A stretch of 64,000 nucleotides of DNA from an uncultured Mycoplasmatota bacterium (GCA_946639185.1 CAMPBR010000001.1:19550-83549), one strand, 5' to 3'; positions 1-8,789 are shown, numbered from the stretch's first letter. The notes: generated from the sequence alone by a model not told the origin. A program made the numbers and translations.

Positions 1-966
1 AAATGAAGTTATCTCTTTAGCATCAACTCTATATACTTTAACATTTTTATCTTTAACTATATTATCAATAGTTAAATAATAATTTAAATAAGAAGGATTA
101 AGTTCATTAAGATTAAACATATAATCACCATCATAATCTTTATCCTTTTCATTTTTATATTCAACCATTTCTTCTACTGTATTTAAATAGGATGTTTCTA
201 AACTTGCTTCATCTTTATAAAAAGTAATAGGATCATCTAAATAATCTAATATTGATGAAGCTTTAGCATATTTTTTTAAATATTTTTGTTTTGGCTCTAC
301 TGAAACATCTTTATCTAAAATAAATTCACTATATGGCTTAATAGTAACACTATCTAAATTTCTTATAGATTTCTGCGTATCTTCATCAAATTCACGAATT
401 GATTCAATTGTATCACCAAACATCTCAATACGAATTGGATGGTCAAATTCAAGAGGAAAAACATCTATAATAAAACCACGATTAGAAAACTCACCAGTCT
501 TAGTAACAACAGATTCTCTTTTGTAACCTAATCTAGCTATTTTTCTTACAAGTTTATCTTGATCTATTTCTAAATTCTTATCAATAGTAATAATACTATT
601 TTTATATGCACTTAATTCTGGTAAATATCTTAAATATCCCATTAAATTAGTAACAACTATAACTTTATCATTTTCTAAAATCGAATTAATAGTCTCCAAA
701 CGATTTACTAACAAATCAGGAGAAATAGCTATAGCTTCACTAGTTAAAAAATCATCCATTGGAAATAGATAACTAGCATCATTATAATTACTTAAAGTAC
801 TCCATAACATATTAGCTTCAAATAAAGATGAAGTAACTATTAAAATAGATTTATCATTGGCTTTAAAAACTTTATTTATATAACGACAAAAAACCTCATC
901 TGTTAAACCAGATAGGGCTATATTTTTTATATTTTGAATTGGTAAATCCTTATTGAATATATCCAT
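1..966 (-). CDS. mfd: transcription-repair coupling factor Mfd, N-terminal part (gene continues beyond window start)
   Basis: An open frame runs from the ATG at 966 (AGGTGA RBS upstream) to position 1. The translation MDIFNKDLPIQ...GEFSNRGFIIDVFPLEFDHPIRIEMFGDTIESIREFDEDTQKSI matches the UvrB-homology module of Mfd. It lies directly downstream of pth, as in Bacillus. It is absent from the ORF track because it is truncated. Confidence 0.85.
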   Translation of the reverse strand, partial: MDIFNKDLPIQNIKNIALSGLTDEVFCRYINKVFKANDKSILIVTSSLFEANMLWSTLSNYNDASYLFPMDDFLTSEAIAISPDLLVNRLETINSILENDKVIVVTNLMGYLRYLPELSAYKNSIITIDKNLEIDQDKLVRKIARLGYKRESVVTKTGEFSNRGFIIDVFPLEFDHPIRIEMFGDTIESIREFDEDTQKSIRNLDSVTIKPYSEFILDKDVSVEPKQKYLKKYAKASSILDYLDDPITFYKDEASLETSYLNTVEEMVEYKNEKDKDYDGDYMFNLNELNPSYLNYYLTIDNIVKDKNVKVYRVDAKEITSF

Positions 967-974
967 AAAATCAC

Positions 975-1535
975 CTACTTATGATTATATTTAGACATTA
1001 ACTCCGTAAAAGATAATTTAAAGTAATCATCTAGTATATTCATTGCAGTATCTTTTACTTCTTCAATCAATTTATTATCTTCACCGGTAATTTTACCTAA
1101 TACATAATCTTTAGTATCAATCATTTTATTATTAGATATACCTATTTTTATTCTTTTATAAACTTGAGTACCTAAATGAAGTTCAATATTTTTTAAACCA
1201 TTATGTCCTCCACTTGAGCCTTTTTGCTTTAGTTTATAAGTACCAACAGGCAAATCTAAATCATCATGAATTATTAAAATATCATCTACATCAATTTTAA
1301 AATAATCAACATACTTTCTAATTACCTCGCCGCTTAGATTAATATATGATTGAGGTTTTAATAAAATAACCTTTTCTCCATTAATCATAGTTTGTGCATA
1401 TAATCCATTAAATTTTTCAGATGTAATAGATACTCCTAATTTAGAAGCAAACTTATCAATAGTCATAAAACCAATATTATGACGCGTATTTTCATATTCA
1501 CGACCCGGATTACCTAAACCTACTATTAATTTCAT
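975..1535 (-). CDS. pth: peptidyl-tRNA hydrolase
   Basis: Contains the GLGNPG...Y..TRHNIGF N-terminal signature and is 186 aa. RBS context is AGGTGATAATATG. Confidence 0.95.
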   Translation of the reverse strand: MKLIVGLGNPGREYENTRHNIGFMTIDKFASKLGVSITSEKFNGLYAQTMINGEKVILLKPQSYINLSGEVIRKYVDYFKIDVDDILIIHDDLDLPVGTYKLKQKGSSGGHNGLKNIELHLGTQVYKRIKIGISNNKMIDTKDYVLGKITGEDNKLIEEVKDTAMNILDDYFKLSFTELMSKYNHK

Positions 1536-1555
1536 ATTATCACCTTAATTCTATC

Positions 1556-1581
1556 AAAATTATTTCCCGGGAAATAATTTT
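1556..1581. promoter_or_regulatory. Noc-binding site (NBS) inside a 26-bp perfect palindrome
   Basis: The sequence AAAATTATTTCCCGGGAAATAATTTT has a core ATTTCCCGGGAAAT (1562-1575) identical to the B. subtilis NBS consensus. It sits in the 44-bp rsmI-pth gap. Confidence 0.7.
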
Positions 1582-2422
1582 ATTTATTATCAATATGATA
1601 TTCCTTATATACTACTGATTTTGGAATGGATCTTTCAACAGCTACTTTCTTAATAGCTTCTTTCTCAGTCATACCATCTTCTAAATAAAGATTAATATGT
1701 TCCAAAATAGTCATAGAACTATAATCTTCATCTTTAGTATTACCTTCAACTACTATAACCATTTCACCTTTTAATTCATCAACAATTTCTAGTACTTCAG
1801 AAATATTACCACGAATTATTTCTTCATAACGTTTACTAATTTCTCTATTTAAAGCGATTTTTCTATCTCCGAAAACTTTAAGTAAAGAATCAAGCATACT
1901 ATGAATACGATGTGGTGCTTCGTACAAAATGATAGTATAAGGCAATTTTTTTAAACTTTCAAGTTCTTTTTCCCTTTTAGATTCCTTACTATTTAAGAAA
2001 CCATAAAATAAAAATGGTTGAGGATTAAGACCTGAAGCAGTTAATGCTGGTACAAAAGCAGTAGGGCCAGGTAGACTAATAACATTAAATCCATTATTAG
2101 CAATAAATTCAACTATCTTATACCCAGGATCACTAATTATAGGAGTCCCTCTGTCTGTAACCAATCCAATATTTAATCCTTCTTTTAATTTTTCAAGCAC
2201 CATTTCCTTTAATCCATCCTCAGTATGATCATCAGAATGGATTAATTTTTTCTTTATATCTAATTTTTTTAATAATTCACCTGTAATTCTAGTATCTTCA
2301 CATAGAATTAAATCAACCATTTTTAAAGTATTAATACTTCTTAAAGTAATATCTTCCATATTACCAATAGGAGTTGGAATTAAATATAAACTTGGACTAT
2401 TATCATAACTTTTTTGTCTCAC
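1580..2422 (-). CDS. rsmI: 16S rRNA (cytidine1402-2'-O)-methyltransferase
   Basis: Contains LYLIPTPIGNMEDITLR and TP-methylase fold motifs. The track start GTG at 2431 lies inside the AGGTGAT RBS, so the second GTG at 2422 is the more likely start. Confidence 0.88.
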   Translation of the reverse strand: MRQKSYDNSPSLYLIPTPIGNMEDITLRSINTLKMVDLILCEDTRITGELLKKLDIKKKLIHSDDHTEDGLKEMVLEKLKEGLNIGLVTDRGTPIISDPGYKIVEFIANNGFNVISLPGPTAFVPALTASGLNPQPFLFYGFLNSKESKREKELESLKKLPYTIILYEAPHRIHSMLDSLLKVFGDRKIALNREISKRYEEIIRGNISEVLEIVDELKGEMVIVVEGNTKDEDYSSMTILEHINLYLEDGMTEKEAIKKVAVERSIPKSVVYKEYHIDNK

Positions 2423-2431
2423 AATAATCAC

Positions 2432-3151
2432 CTACTCAAACATTTTTAAAACTTCTTCTCTATAACTTCCATCTTCATTATGAACATAAAGAGGCGATAA
2501 TACTTTTAAACCAGTATTACCATTTTTTCTTCCTTCAACTAATATCATATTAGATTCAGTATTATCTTTTGGATAAATAAATCTTAGTTTCTTAACTTCT
2601 AAGCCATATTTTTTAAATAAACTTATAATTTCTATTAATCTATCTGTTCTATGAACCATAGCTAAACATCCATTATTTTTTAGCAAATAATGAGAAATAT
2701 CAATTATTTCTTCTAGCGTTATTTCTTTTTCATGTCTAGCTATTACCTTATGAATATCATCATTAATATTACTTGACTCAATATATTTAAAATATGGAGG
2801 ATTACAAGTAATAACATCAATACTATCACTAGTATATTTATTTTTTAAGTCTTTAATATTCATATTTAATAATTCTATTCTATCATCTAGCTTATTATAA
2901 GTTACACTTTCACAAGCCAAATCATAAACATCTTTTTGTAGTTCAACACCAATTATCTTAGCATCAGTCTTAGTAGACATAATTAAAGGAATAGGAGCAT
3001 TACCACAACATAAATCCATAACTACTTTAATATTTTTATTTAAAGTTACAAAATTAGGAAGTAAAACAGAATCCAAAGAAAATGAAAACCACTCTGGATT
3101 CTGATAAATACTTAAATTTTTATAACCAACTAAATCATTGAGCACTTTCAT
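2432..3151 (-). CDS. SAM-dependent N6-adenine methyltransferase (YabB/TrmN6-like)
   Basis: Contains the NPPY motif (CNPPYF) and a class I methyltransferase glycine-rich loop region. It holds the conserved position between ricT and rsmI. Confidence 0.7.
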   Translation of the reverse strand: MKVLNDLVGYKNLSIYQNPEWFSFSLDSVLLPNFVTLNKNIKVVMDLCCGNAPIPLIMSTKTDAKIIGVELQKDVYDLACESVTYNKLDDRIELLNMNIKDLKNKYTSDSIDVITCNPPYFKYIESSNINDDIHKVIARHEKEITLEEIIDISHYLLKNNGCLAMVHRTDRLIEIISLFKKYGLEVKKLRFIYPKDNTESNMILVEGRKNGNTGLKVLSPLYVHNEDGSYREEVLKMFE

Positions 3152-3930
3152 TATAATTGTACCTCAACAACAGTTTTATTTTTTGTTTCAATTAAAATAG
3201 TTCTATTTAATACATTAACAGATATTACTTTACCTTCTATATCATTTTTCTTATATACTTGTCCAACAGTTGGAAAATCTTTTTTAAGTTCAGTATAAGT
3301 ATCATCCTCATAACTTAAACAGCATAAAAGTCTCCCACATATACCATTTATCTTAGTGGGATTTAAAGCAAGCATTTGATTTTTTGCCATATTAATGGAA
3401 ACACTATTAAAATCAGTTAAAAAACTACTACAACATAAAAATCTACCACATGGTCCTAAACCACCAATCATTTTAGCCTTATCTCTAACTCCAATTTGTC
3501 TAAGTTCAATACGAGTACGATAATTATTAGCAAGTTTTTTAGCTAATTCTCTAAAATCAACTCTAGCATCTGCTAAGAAATGAAATAATAGTTGACTACG
3601 ATCAAAAGTATATGCAGCATCAATTAATTGCATATTAAGTTCTAAAGATTCAGCTATCTCACGAGCATTAATTAATGCTTTATTAGCATCATTAACATTT
3701 TGTTCATAAGTTTTTAGATCTTTTTTATCTGCTTTTCTAATAACATTTTTTAATTCTTTTCCTATATCTTTATCTTCAATATCATATGGAGCTACAGCTA
3801 CTTTTCCAAATTGTAGACCTCTTTCTGTTTCTACAATTACATAATCATCTTTATTTAAAGATATTTTATTTGTATCAAAATGATATACTTTTTCACTATC
3901 ATTAAATGTAATACCAACTATTTTTTTCAT
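3151..3930 (-). CDS. ricT: PSP1-domain protein RicT/YaaT
   Basis: Contains the PSP1 C-terminal Cys cluster (GPCGRFLCCSSFL...CGRLLCCLSYE). Follows holB, as in Bacillus. Confidence 0.85.
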   Translation of the reverse strand: MKKIVGITFNDSEKVYHFDTNKISLNKDDYVIVETERGLQFGKVAVAPYDIEDKDIGKELKNVIRKADKKDLKTYEQNVNDANKALINAREIAESLELNMQLIDAAYTFDRSQLLFHFLADARVDFRELAKKLANNYRTRIELRQIGVRDKAKMIGGLGPCGRFLCCSSFLTDFNSVSINMAKNQMLALNPTKINGICGRLLCCLSYEDDTYTELKKDFPTVGQVYKKNDIEGKVISVNVLNRTILIETKNKTVVEVQL

Positions 3931-3934
3931 TTAC

Positions 3935-4789
3935 TCACCTCCCAGTAAATTCAATAATAAATTTATCAAGCATCATACTTATATTTAAATTATATTCTAA
4001 ATTATTTATAGTTGTAAATAAAATAGAAATTTTATTTATTATATCCTGTAAAGAATTGTTATTATTTATCAAATCTAATACTTGGCCATAATCTTTATAA
4101 TTAATATTTTCATATTTTCTTATACTGTTTTCATAAATATCGACCATAGTATTAAAAGCATCAATCCAAAACTCTTTATTTCTTAAATCATTTTCTAAAA
4201 CTACTGGTAAATAAGCAATAGAAGAATGCTCTTTAGTTTCAATAGTTTCAATAATATTATTAATAAGTTCTATATTTTCAATTTCTATTTTTTTATTAAC
4301 ATTAATTAAAGTATATAACTGACATCTGCTTCTAAGCGTTTCTAATACTCTATATCTATTACTACTAACAAGAATAGCTATAATATTACCATCTGGTTCT
4401 TCTAAAAATTTAAGTAATGAGTTAGCAGCATATTTATTAAGCTTGTCTGCTTCTTTAATTAAATAAATCCTAGGCCTATTTTCAACAGAAGTTGTGGAAA
4501 ATTTTTCTTTCACTTCTAGAATTTGGTCTTTTTTAATCCAGCTACCATCCGGTTCAATAACTAAAAAATCAGAAAAAGCATCATTTTCTATTAAATTATC
4601 TATTTTAGAAAATTCTTCATCAGACATATAAATTCTAAATAATTCTTTAACAAATTCTAATATTAAGCTATCGCTTTCAGGATAATCATTAGTTTCAATT
4701 AGATAAGCATGAGTTATCTTATTATTCTTTATACTATTATTTATTTGTTCATAAAACAAAGGCTGCTTATCTTTAAACAAATCCAACAT
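3935..4789 (-). CDS. holB: DNA polymerase III delta' subunit
   Basis: Contains HAYLIE and a clamp-loader AAA+-like N-terminal region. The internal ATG at 4789 is preceded by GAGGTGATAAT, so the track start at 4810 is probably an over-extension. Confidence 0.8.
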   Translation of the reverse strand: MLDLFKDKQPLFYEQINNSIKNNKITHAYLIETNDYPESDSLILEFVKELFRIYMSDEEFSKIDNLIENDAFSDFLVIEPDGSWIKKDQILEVKEKFSTTSVENRPRIYLIKEADKLNKYAANSLLKFLEEPDGNIIAILVSSNRYRVLETLRSRCQLYTLINVNKKIEIENIELINNIIETIETKEHSSIAYLPVVLENDLRNKEFWIDAFNTMVDIYENSIRKYENINYKDYGQVLDLINNNNSLQDIINKISILFTTINNLEYNLNISMMLDKFIIEFTGR

Positions 4790-4799
4790 ATTATCACCT

Positions 4800-4988
4800 C
4801 TATAAAGCAAATACTAATAAAAGAACCAATGAAAATAATGCAGGCAATCCCAAAATAGTAATAATACTTATAGTAAATAAATTCATAGGTATAATAACAT
4901 TAAAATTACTACCAATTGTATTAAAACCATAAAGTATTATAAAACTTAACACTATTTTTTTAATTAAACTAAATATTTTATTTTTCAC
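4800..4988 (-). CDS. bofA: pro-sigma-K processing inhibitor BofA family
   Basis: A 62-aa two-TM protein. NTIGSNFNVIIPMNLFTISIITILGLPAL resembles B. subtilis BofA (...HVPINLVTTAISGILGIPG...). It is located after recR, as in Bacillus. Confidence 0.65.
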   Translation of the reverse strand: MKNKIFSLIKKIVLSFIILYGFNTIGSNFNVIIPMNLFTISIITILGLPALFSLVLLLVFAL

Positions 4989-5025
4989 AGTATCACCTAA
5001 TTAAAACTATGAAAAAATTTATTTT

Positions 5026-5619
5026 TTATTCTACATTCTTTCTATCCATTAAAGCTCTCTCTAATGTCATTGCATCAATATATTCCATATCAGCACCCAT
5101 TGGGATACCACTAGCTATCTTAGTAATAGATAAATTCATATCTCCTAAAATTCTCTTTATATATAATGAAGTTGTTTCACCCTCAATACTTGGCTTAAAT
5201 GCAAGTATTAATTCCTGAAATTCTTCTTTTTTTACTCTATCAATCAATTTTTCTAATTCAATATCTTCAGGATTAACACCATCAAGTGGAGAAATTAATC
5301 CTTTTAAAACATGATATTTTCCTTTAAATAATCCAAGTTTTTCAAATAAAAAAACACTTTTTGGATCCTCAACAACACATAGAGTATTACCTCTAGTATC
5401 ATCACTACATATTAAACATTTTTCTTTATCAGTAAGACTATTACATATAGGACATCTATGAATATTATTTTTAGCATCCATAATACTAGAAGAAAAATTT
5501 TCAACTTTTTCAGAATCCATTTCTAGAATAGCAAAAGCCATCCTCTCAGCTGTTTTTTCACCTATTCCTGGCAAATATTTAAATGATTCAATTAATTCGT
5601 TTAAACTACCTGGATACAT
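5026..5619 (-). CDS. recR: recombination protein RecR
   Basis: Contains a HhH N-terminus, a C4 zinc finger (CPICNSLTDKEKCLIC) and a Toprim domain. Confidence 0.95.
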   Translation of the reverse strand: MYPGSLNELIESFKYLPGIGEKTAERMAFAILEMDSEKVENFSSSIMDAKNNIHRCPICNSLTDKEKCLICSDDTRGNTLCVVEDPKSVFLFEKLGLFKGKYHVLKGLISPLDGVNPEDIELEKLIDRVKKEEFQELILAFKPSIEGETTSLYIKRILGDMNLSITKIASGIPMGADMEYIDAMTLERALMDRKNVE

Positions 5620-5629
5620 CTTAAATCAC

Positions 5630-5929
5630 CTAAAATAAGCCACCTGGCATCATACTACTAAATTTTCCCATTTTTTGTTCAGTTACCTTATCAATTTGCT
5701 TAAAAGCATCATTTAAAGCAACAACTAGCATATCTTCAATAATTTCTTTATCATCACTAGTAATATCATCATTATTAATAATTACCTTCTTTACTGTTTT
5801 ATCTCCTTTTACCACAACACTAACAAAAGAACTATTACCAGTAAATTCCATATTATCAATTTCTTCCTTTGTTTTCATCATATCTTTTTGTAAGCTTTGA
5901 GCTTGTTTCATTAACGCTTGTATATTCAT
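5630..5929 (-). CDS. ybaB: nucleoid-associated protein YbaB/EbfC
   Basis: Holds the conserved dnaX-ybaB-recR position and contains the QAQSLQKDM motif. The second ATG (5929) has better RBS spacing than the track start at 5938. Confidence 0.88.
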   Translation of the reverse strand: MNIQALMKQAQSLQKDMMKTKEEIDNMEFTGNSSFVSVVVKGDKTVKKVIINNDDITSDDKEIIEDMLVVALNDAFKQIDKVTEQKMGKFSSMMPGGLF

Positions 5930-5949
5930 TTTAATCATCCTTTCTCTTT

Positions 5950-7572
5950 TTAAACTAATACAACATTATCTCCAAATAATTCAATAGCTTCACTTGCTAC
6001 CGCATTATTTTTATCTATTTTAGCTTTTTGGGCTTTTTTTTTACGCTCTATTGGAATATATTCATATTTTATTCCATTATTTTTATTATTTATAAATTCC
6101 GTTTTTACTTTATTCCACTCATCAGTAGTAATAAAAGCAATATCATATGTTCTACCATAAATTTTTTCAAATAAATTTTGAATTAATTCCAATAAATTAA
6201 TACCTCTATTAACCATTGATTCATAATCAAACGAAATAAGCACTTCTCCTTCACCAACAACTCTTATAGTTCCATCTGCAACAAAACTAGCAGCAGCCCC
6301 ATATTTAGAATCAAAAGTATAATCATTTATCAAATTCCATTTACTTTCAAACATTTGTTTTTCCTGTTTATTTGCTCTAGCAAAACAATTATTAATTATT
6401 GTTTTAAAATCAATAGATTCTTCAGCATTGTCATCTTCAACAGTGTTGTTTTCCACAATTGTCTCATTAGCTATTGGTTGTTCACTTATTTTAGGTAAAT
6501 CATTTTTTTCTTTTTTCACAACTGATTGTGTATTATTATTTCTAGCAATATTTAAAAATGATAATATATTAATTTCTAAAATAGTTTTAACATTAGGAGA
6601 TGTTTTAATATCCTTTAAAATATTATTTAATAAATTAGATAATGATAATAAAAATTCTATATCATCATCAGTATTATTAACATAGTAATTAACACATTTA
6701 TCTTTGCATATTTTCAATAAATCTTGAGTAAAAATAATTAAATCTTTACCATTATCATATATATTATCAATAAATTTAATTATTTCTAAAACATTATTAT
6801 TATGAATATTATCAATAAATTTTTCTTTTTCCACAACTGAAACTATTCCATTAACTTTTTCAAAATCATCTAAAGTAATGTTAGAATTTGAATATGCAGT
6901 TAACTTATCTAACATACCAATAGAATCACGCATACCACCATCTGATAATGTAGCAATCCTATCAAGTACTTCATCATCTATTTTAATATTTTCCTCTTTA
7001 CAAATATATTTTAATCTTTCAACTATATCTTTATTACTTATTCTATGGAATTCATAACACTGACATCTAGAAATAATAGTAGAAGGCACCTTTTGAGGAT
7101 CTGTAGTTGCTAATATAAATATAACATGTTCAGGTGGTTCCTCTAAAGTTTTAAGTAAAGCATTAAAGGCTCCAATAGAAAGCATATGAACCTCATCTAT
7201 TATATATACTTTATATTTTAATTCATTAGGAACCAAACTAATCTTATTTTTAATTTCACGTATTTCATCAACGCCATTATTACTTGCAGCATCTATTTCA
7301 ATAATATCAGGGCAAAAGCCTGAATTAATAGAATTACAGTTATTGCATTTTTCGCATGAATCGCCATTAATAGGTTCAAGACAATTAGCTGTTTTAGCTA
7401 ATGCTTTAGCAATAGTAGTTTTTCCAATACCCCTAGGCCCAGAAAATAAATATGCATGTCCTATTTTATTATTTTTAACAGCATTTTCTAATATTTTAAT
7501 AACAACATCTTGGCCAATTACATCTTTTAAAGTAGATGGTCGATATTTTCTATATAAAGCTTGATAAGACAT
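5950..7572 (-). CDS. dnaX: DNA polymerase III subunit tau/gamma
   Basis: Begins MSYQALYRKYRP, with Walker A GPRGIGKTT and the zinc module CEKCNNCNS. The ATG at 7572 is preceded by GGAGGTG. Confidence 0.95.
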   Translation of the reverse strand: MSYQALYRKYRPSTLKDVIGQDVVIKILENAVKNNKIGHAYLFSGPRGIGKTTIAKALAKTANCLEPINGDSCEKCNNCNSINSGFCPDIIEIDAASNNGVDEIREIKNKISLVPNELKYKVYIIDEVHMLSIGAFNALLKTLEEPPEHVIFILATTDPQKVPSTIISRCQCYEFHRISNKDIVERLKYICKEENIKIDDEVLDRIATLSDGGMRDSIGMLDKLTAYSNSNITLDDFEKVNGIVSVVEKEKFIDNIHNNNVLEIIKFIDNIYDNGKDLIIFTQDLLKICKDKCVNYYVNNTDDDIEFLLSLSNLLNNILKDIKTSPNVKTILEINILSFLNIARNNNTQSVVKKEKNDLPKISEQPIANETIVENNTVEDDNAEESIDFKTIINNCFARANKQEKQMFESKWNLINDYTFDSKYGAAASFVADGTIRVVGEGEVLISFDYESMVNRGINLLELIQNLFEKIYGRTYDIAFITTDEWNKVKTEFINNKNNGIKYEYIPIERKKKAQKAKIDKNNAVASEAIELFGDNVVLV

Positions 7573-7633
7573 AATTACACCTCCAAAATACACTTATATT
7601 ATACCATTAAAAAAGTAATAATTAACACAATTA

Positions 7634-8077
7634 TTACCTCTTTTTCTTAAAAAATTTACGAATTATACTGCTGCATTCATCATTTAAAACATTTTCCACA
7701 ATTTCTACCGGAACACCATACTCATTTCCATTTAAAATTTTATAAATAATTTCTTTATCCACAGTATTGGGTACAGTCCCATAAATAACTTTAGAAATTC
7801 TAGATTGATTAATAGCACTAGCACACATAGGACATGGTATCATTGTCACATAAATAGTGCAGCCATTTAAACGCCAGTTTTTTATTTTTTTAGATGCTTT
7901 AGTAATAGCTAATATTTCAGCATGAGCCATAGCATTATATTTTTTTTCTTTCAAATTATATCCTTTACCTATAATCTTATCATTTTTAACGATAACCGCT
8001 CCAATTGGTACTTCGCCATGTTTATATGCTTTTTCAGCCTCTTTTAAAGCAATTTTCATATAATATATATCATTCAT
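7634..8077 (-). CDS. tadA: tRNA adenosine(34) deaminase
   Basis: Contains the HAEILAI and PCPMCASA zinc motifs. The true start is the ATG at 8077 (AGGTGATAATATG). The track's 26-codon N-terminal extension overlaps the SRP RNA. Confidence 0.9.
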   Translation of the reverse strand: MNDIYYMKIALKEAEKAYKHGEVPIGAVIVKNDKIIGKGYNLKEKKYNAMAHAEILAITKASKKIKNWRLNGCTIYVTMIPCPMCASAINQSRISKVIYGTVPNTVDKEIIYKILNGNEYGVPVEIVENVLNDECSSIIRKFFKKKR

Positions 8078-8097
8078 ATTATCACCTATAAAAAAAA

Positions 8098-8171
8098 GGT
8101 GCACATAAATATAGAACGTTAAGGCTGCTACATTCCTGTCCTGACCTGGTTCCATTAATATTTATTGCACC
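8098..8171 (-). ncRNA. ffs: signal recognition particle RNA, short (4.5S-like, no Alu domain)
   Basis: The minus-strand sequence is GGTGCAATAAATATTAATGGAACCAGGTCAGGACAGGAATGTAGCAGCCTTAACGTTCTATATTTATGTGCACC. It contains the conserved domain IV elements ACCAGGUCAGG...GGAA...AGCAGCC. A 6+8 bp terminal helix closes it (GGUGCA/UGCACC and AUAAAUAU/AUAUUUAU). A U8 run follows, and a sigma-A-type promoter lies just upstream. Confidence 0.78.
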
Positions 8172-8177
8172 ATAAAT

Positions 8178-8205
8178 ATAATAACATATTTTTAATAAAA
8201 AGCAA
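8178..8205 (-). promoter_or_regulatory. sigma-A-type promoter of the SRP RNA
   Basis: The minus strand reads TTGCTT-16 nt-TATTAT (preceded by TGT), then 6 nt to the first G of the RNA. Confidence 0.5.
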
Positions 8206-8255
8206 TTAATTATCACTATTTTATATAAATATAATATATTTATACTTATATATAA

Positions 8256-8271
8256 TGTTTCACGTGGAACA
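8256..8271. promoter_or_regulatory. parS site (ParB/Spo0J centromere)
   Basis: TGTTTCACGTGGAACA is the reverse complement of TGTTCCACGTGAAACA, which fits the consensus TGTTNCACGTGAAACA. Confidence 0.85.
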
Positions 8272-8292
8272 TTGTTCCATATTTTATTTTTA

Positions 8293-8308
8293 TGTTTCAC
8301 GTGAAACA
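8293..8308. promoter_or_regulatory. parS site
   Basis: TGTTTCACGTGAAACA, a perfect 16-bp palindrome matching the parS consensus. Confidence 0.88.
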
Positions 8309-8329
8309 TTGTTCCATATTTTATTTTTA

Positions 8330-8345
8330 TGTTTCACGTGAAACA
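8330..8345. promoter_or_regulatory. parS site
   Basis: TGTTTCACGTGAAACA, a perfect palindrome. Confidence 0.88.
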
Positions 8346-8742
8346 TTGTTTTGCTTTCAATTTTTTTTCAAACAAAGTACTATTTTATTTAATTCATACA
8401 CATGATTATTAAATTTTATCACTTTTTATTAATAATCATAATAATATAAGAAAAGCATTAAATTACAATCAATCAAATAACGATATTTAAATTATTATAT
8501 GAGTAACTATTTAAGAACACAATCATTTTAATTAAAACTGCTAAATATTAAAGAATCAATATATCAAATCCAAAAGTATATAATTTATCTAAATTAATAT
8601 AATGAATAGAATATCAACGCATTTAATTTTATCAGTATGTTTTTTTAATTTAGAAACATTGTATAATATATTTCAAATTAATCATTTATAGGATAAAAAA
8701 AGCAATTAATAATTAATTGATAAAGTAAAATGAAATTATTTA

Positions 8743-8758
8743 TGTTTCACGTGAAACA
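8743..8758. promoter_or_regulatory. parS site
   Basis: TGTTTCACGTGAAACA, a perfect palindrome. Confidence 0.88.
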
Positions 8759-8789
8759 TAGTTTATACAAACAATATATTATTTTATTA

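Larger units (their letters stand above)
8255..8346. repeat. 2.5 copies of a 37-bp tandem repeat, each carrying a parS site
   Basis: Unit ATGTTTCACGTG(G/A)AACATTGTTCCATATTTTATTTTT starts at 8255, 8292 and 8329. Confidence 0.95.

Noticed and set aside
5009-5218. Antisense or shadow ORFs in the track: 5009-5218, 6428-6685, 7343-7564, 20945-21169, 21895-22155, 24817-25098, 25661-25903, 28426-28728, 29323-29535, 31942-32142, 32971-33392, 34996-35190, 35844-36035, 36719-36916, 37033-37308, 38415-38597, 39878-40126, 45885-46070, 49855-50154, 52496-52849, 53561-53785, 56906-57091, 59844-60170 and 61605-61829.
   Set aside because: Each lies opposite, or largely overlapping, a well-supported conserved gene. 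They lack RBSs and have low-complexity or odd composition typical of the reverse frames of AT-rich genes.
8082-8309. 75-aa minus-strand ORF from the track, plus the N-terminal 26 codons of the 7634-8155 ORF.
   Set aside because: These overlap the SRP RNA gene, its promoter and the first parS sites. They have no RBS. tadA has a canonical AGGTGATAATATG start at 8077.
8255-8346. Whether the 37-bp tandem repeats could be a CRISPR array.
   Set aside because: There are only 2.5 directly abutting copies and no unique spacers. Each unit is centred on a parS palindrome, and no cas genes are present.
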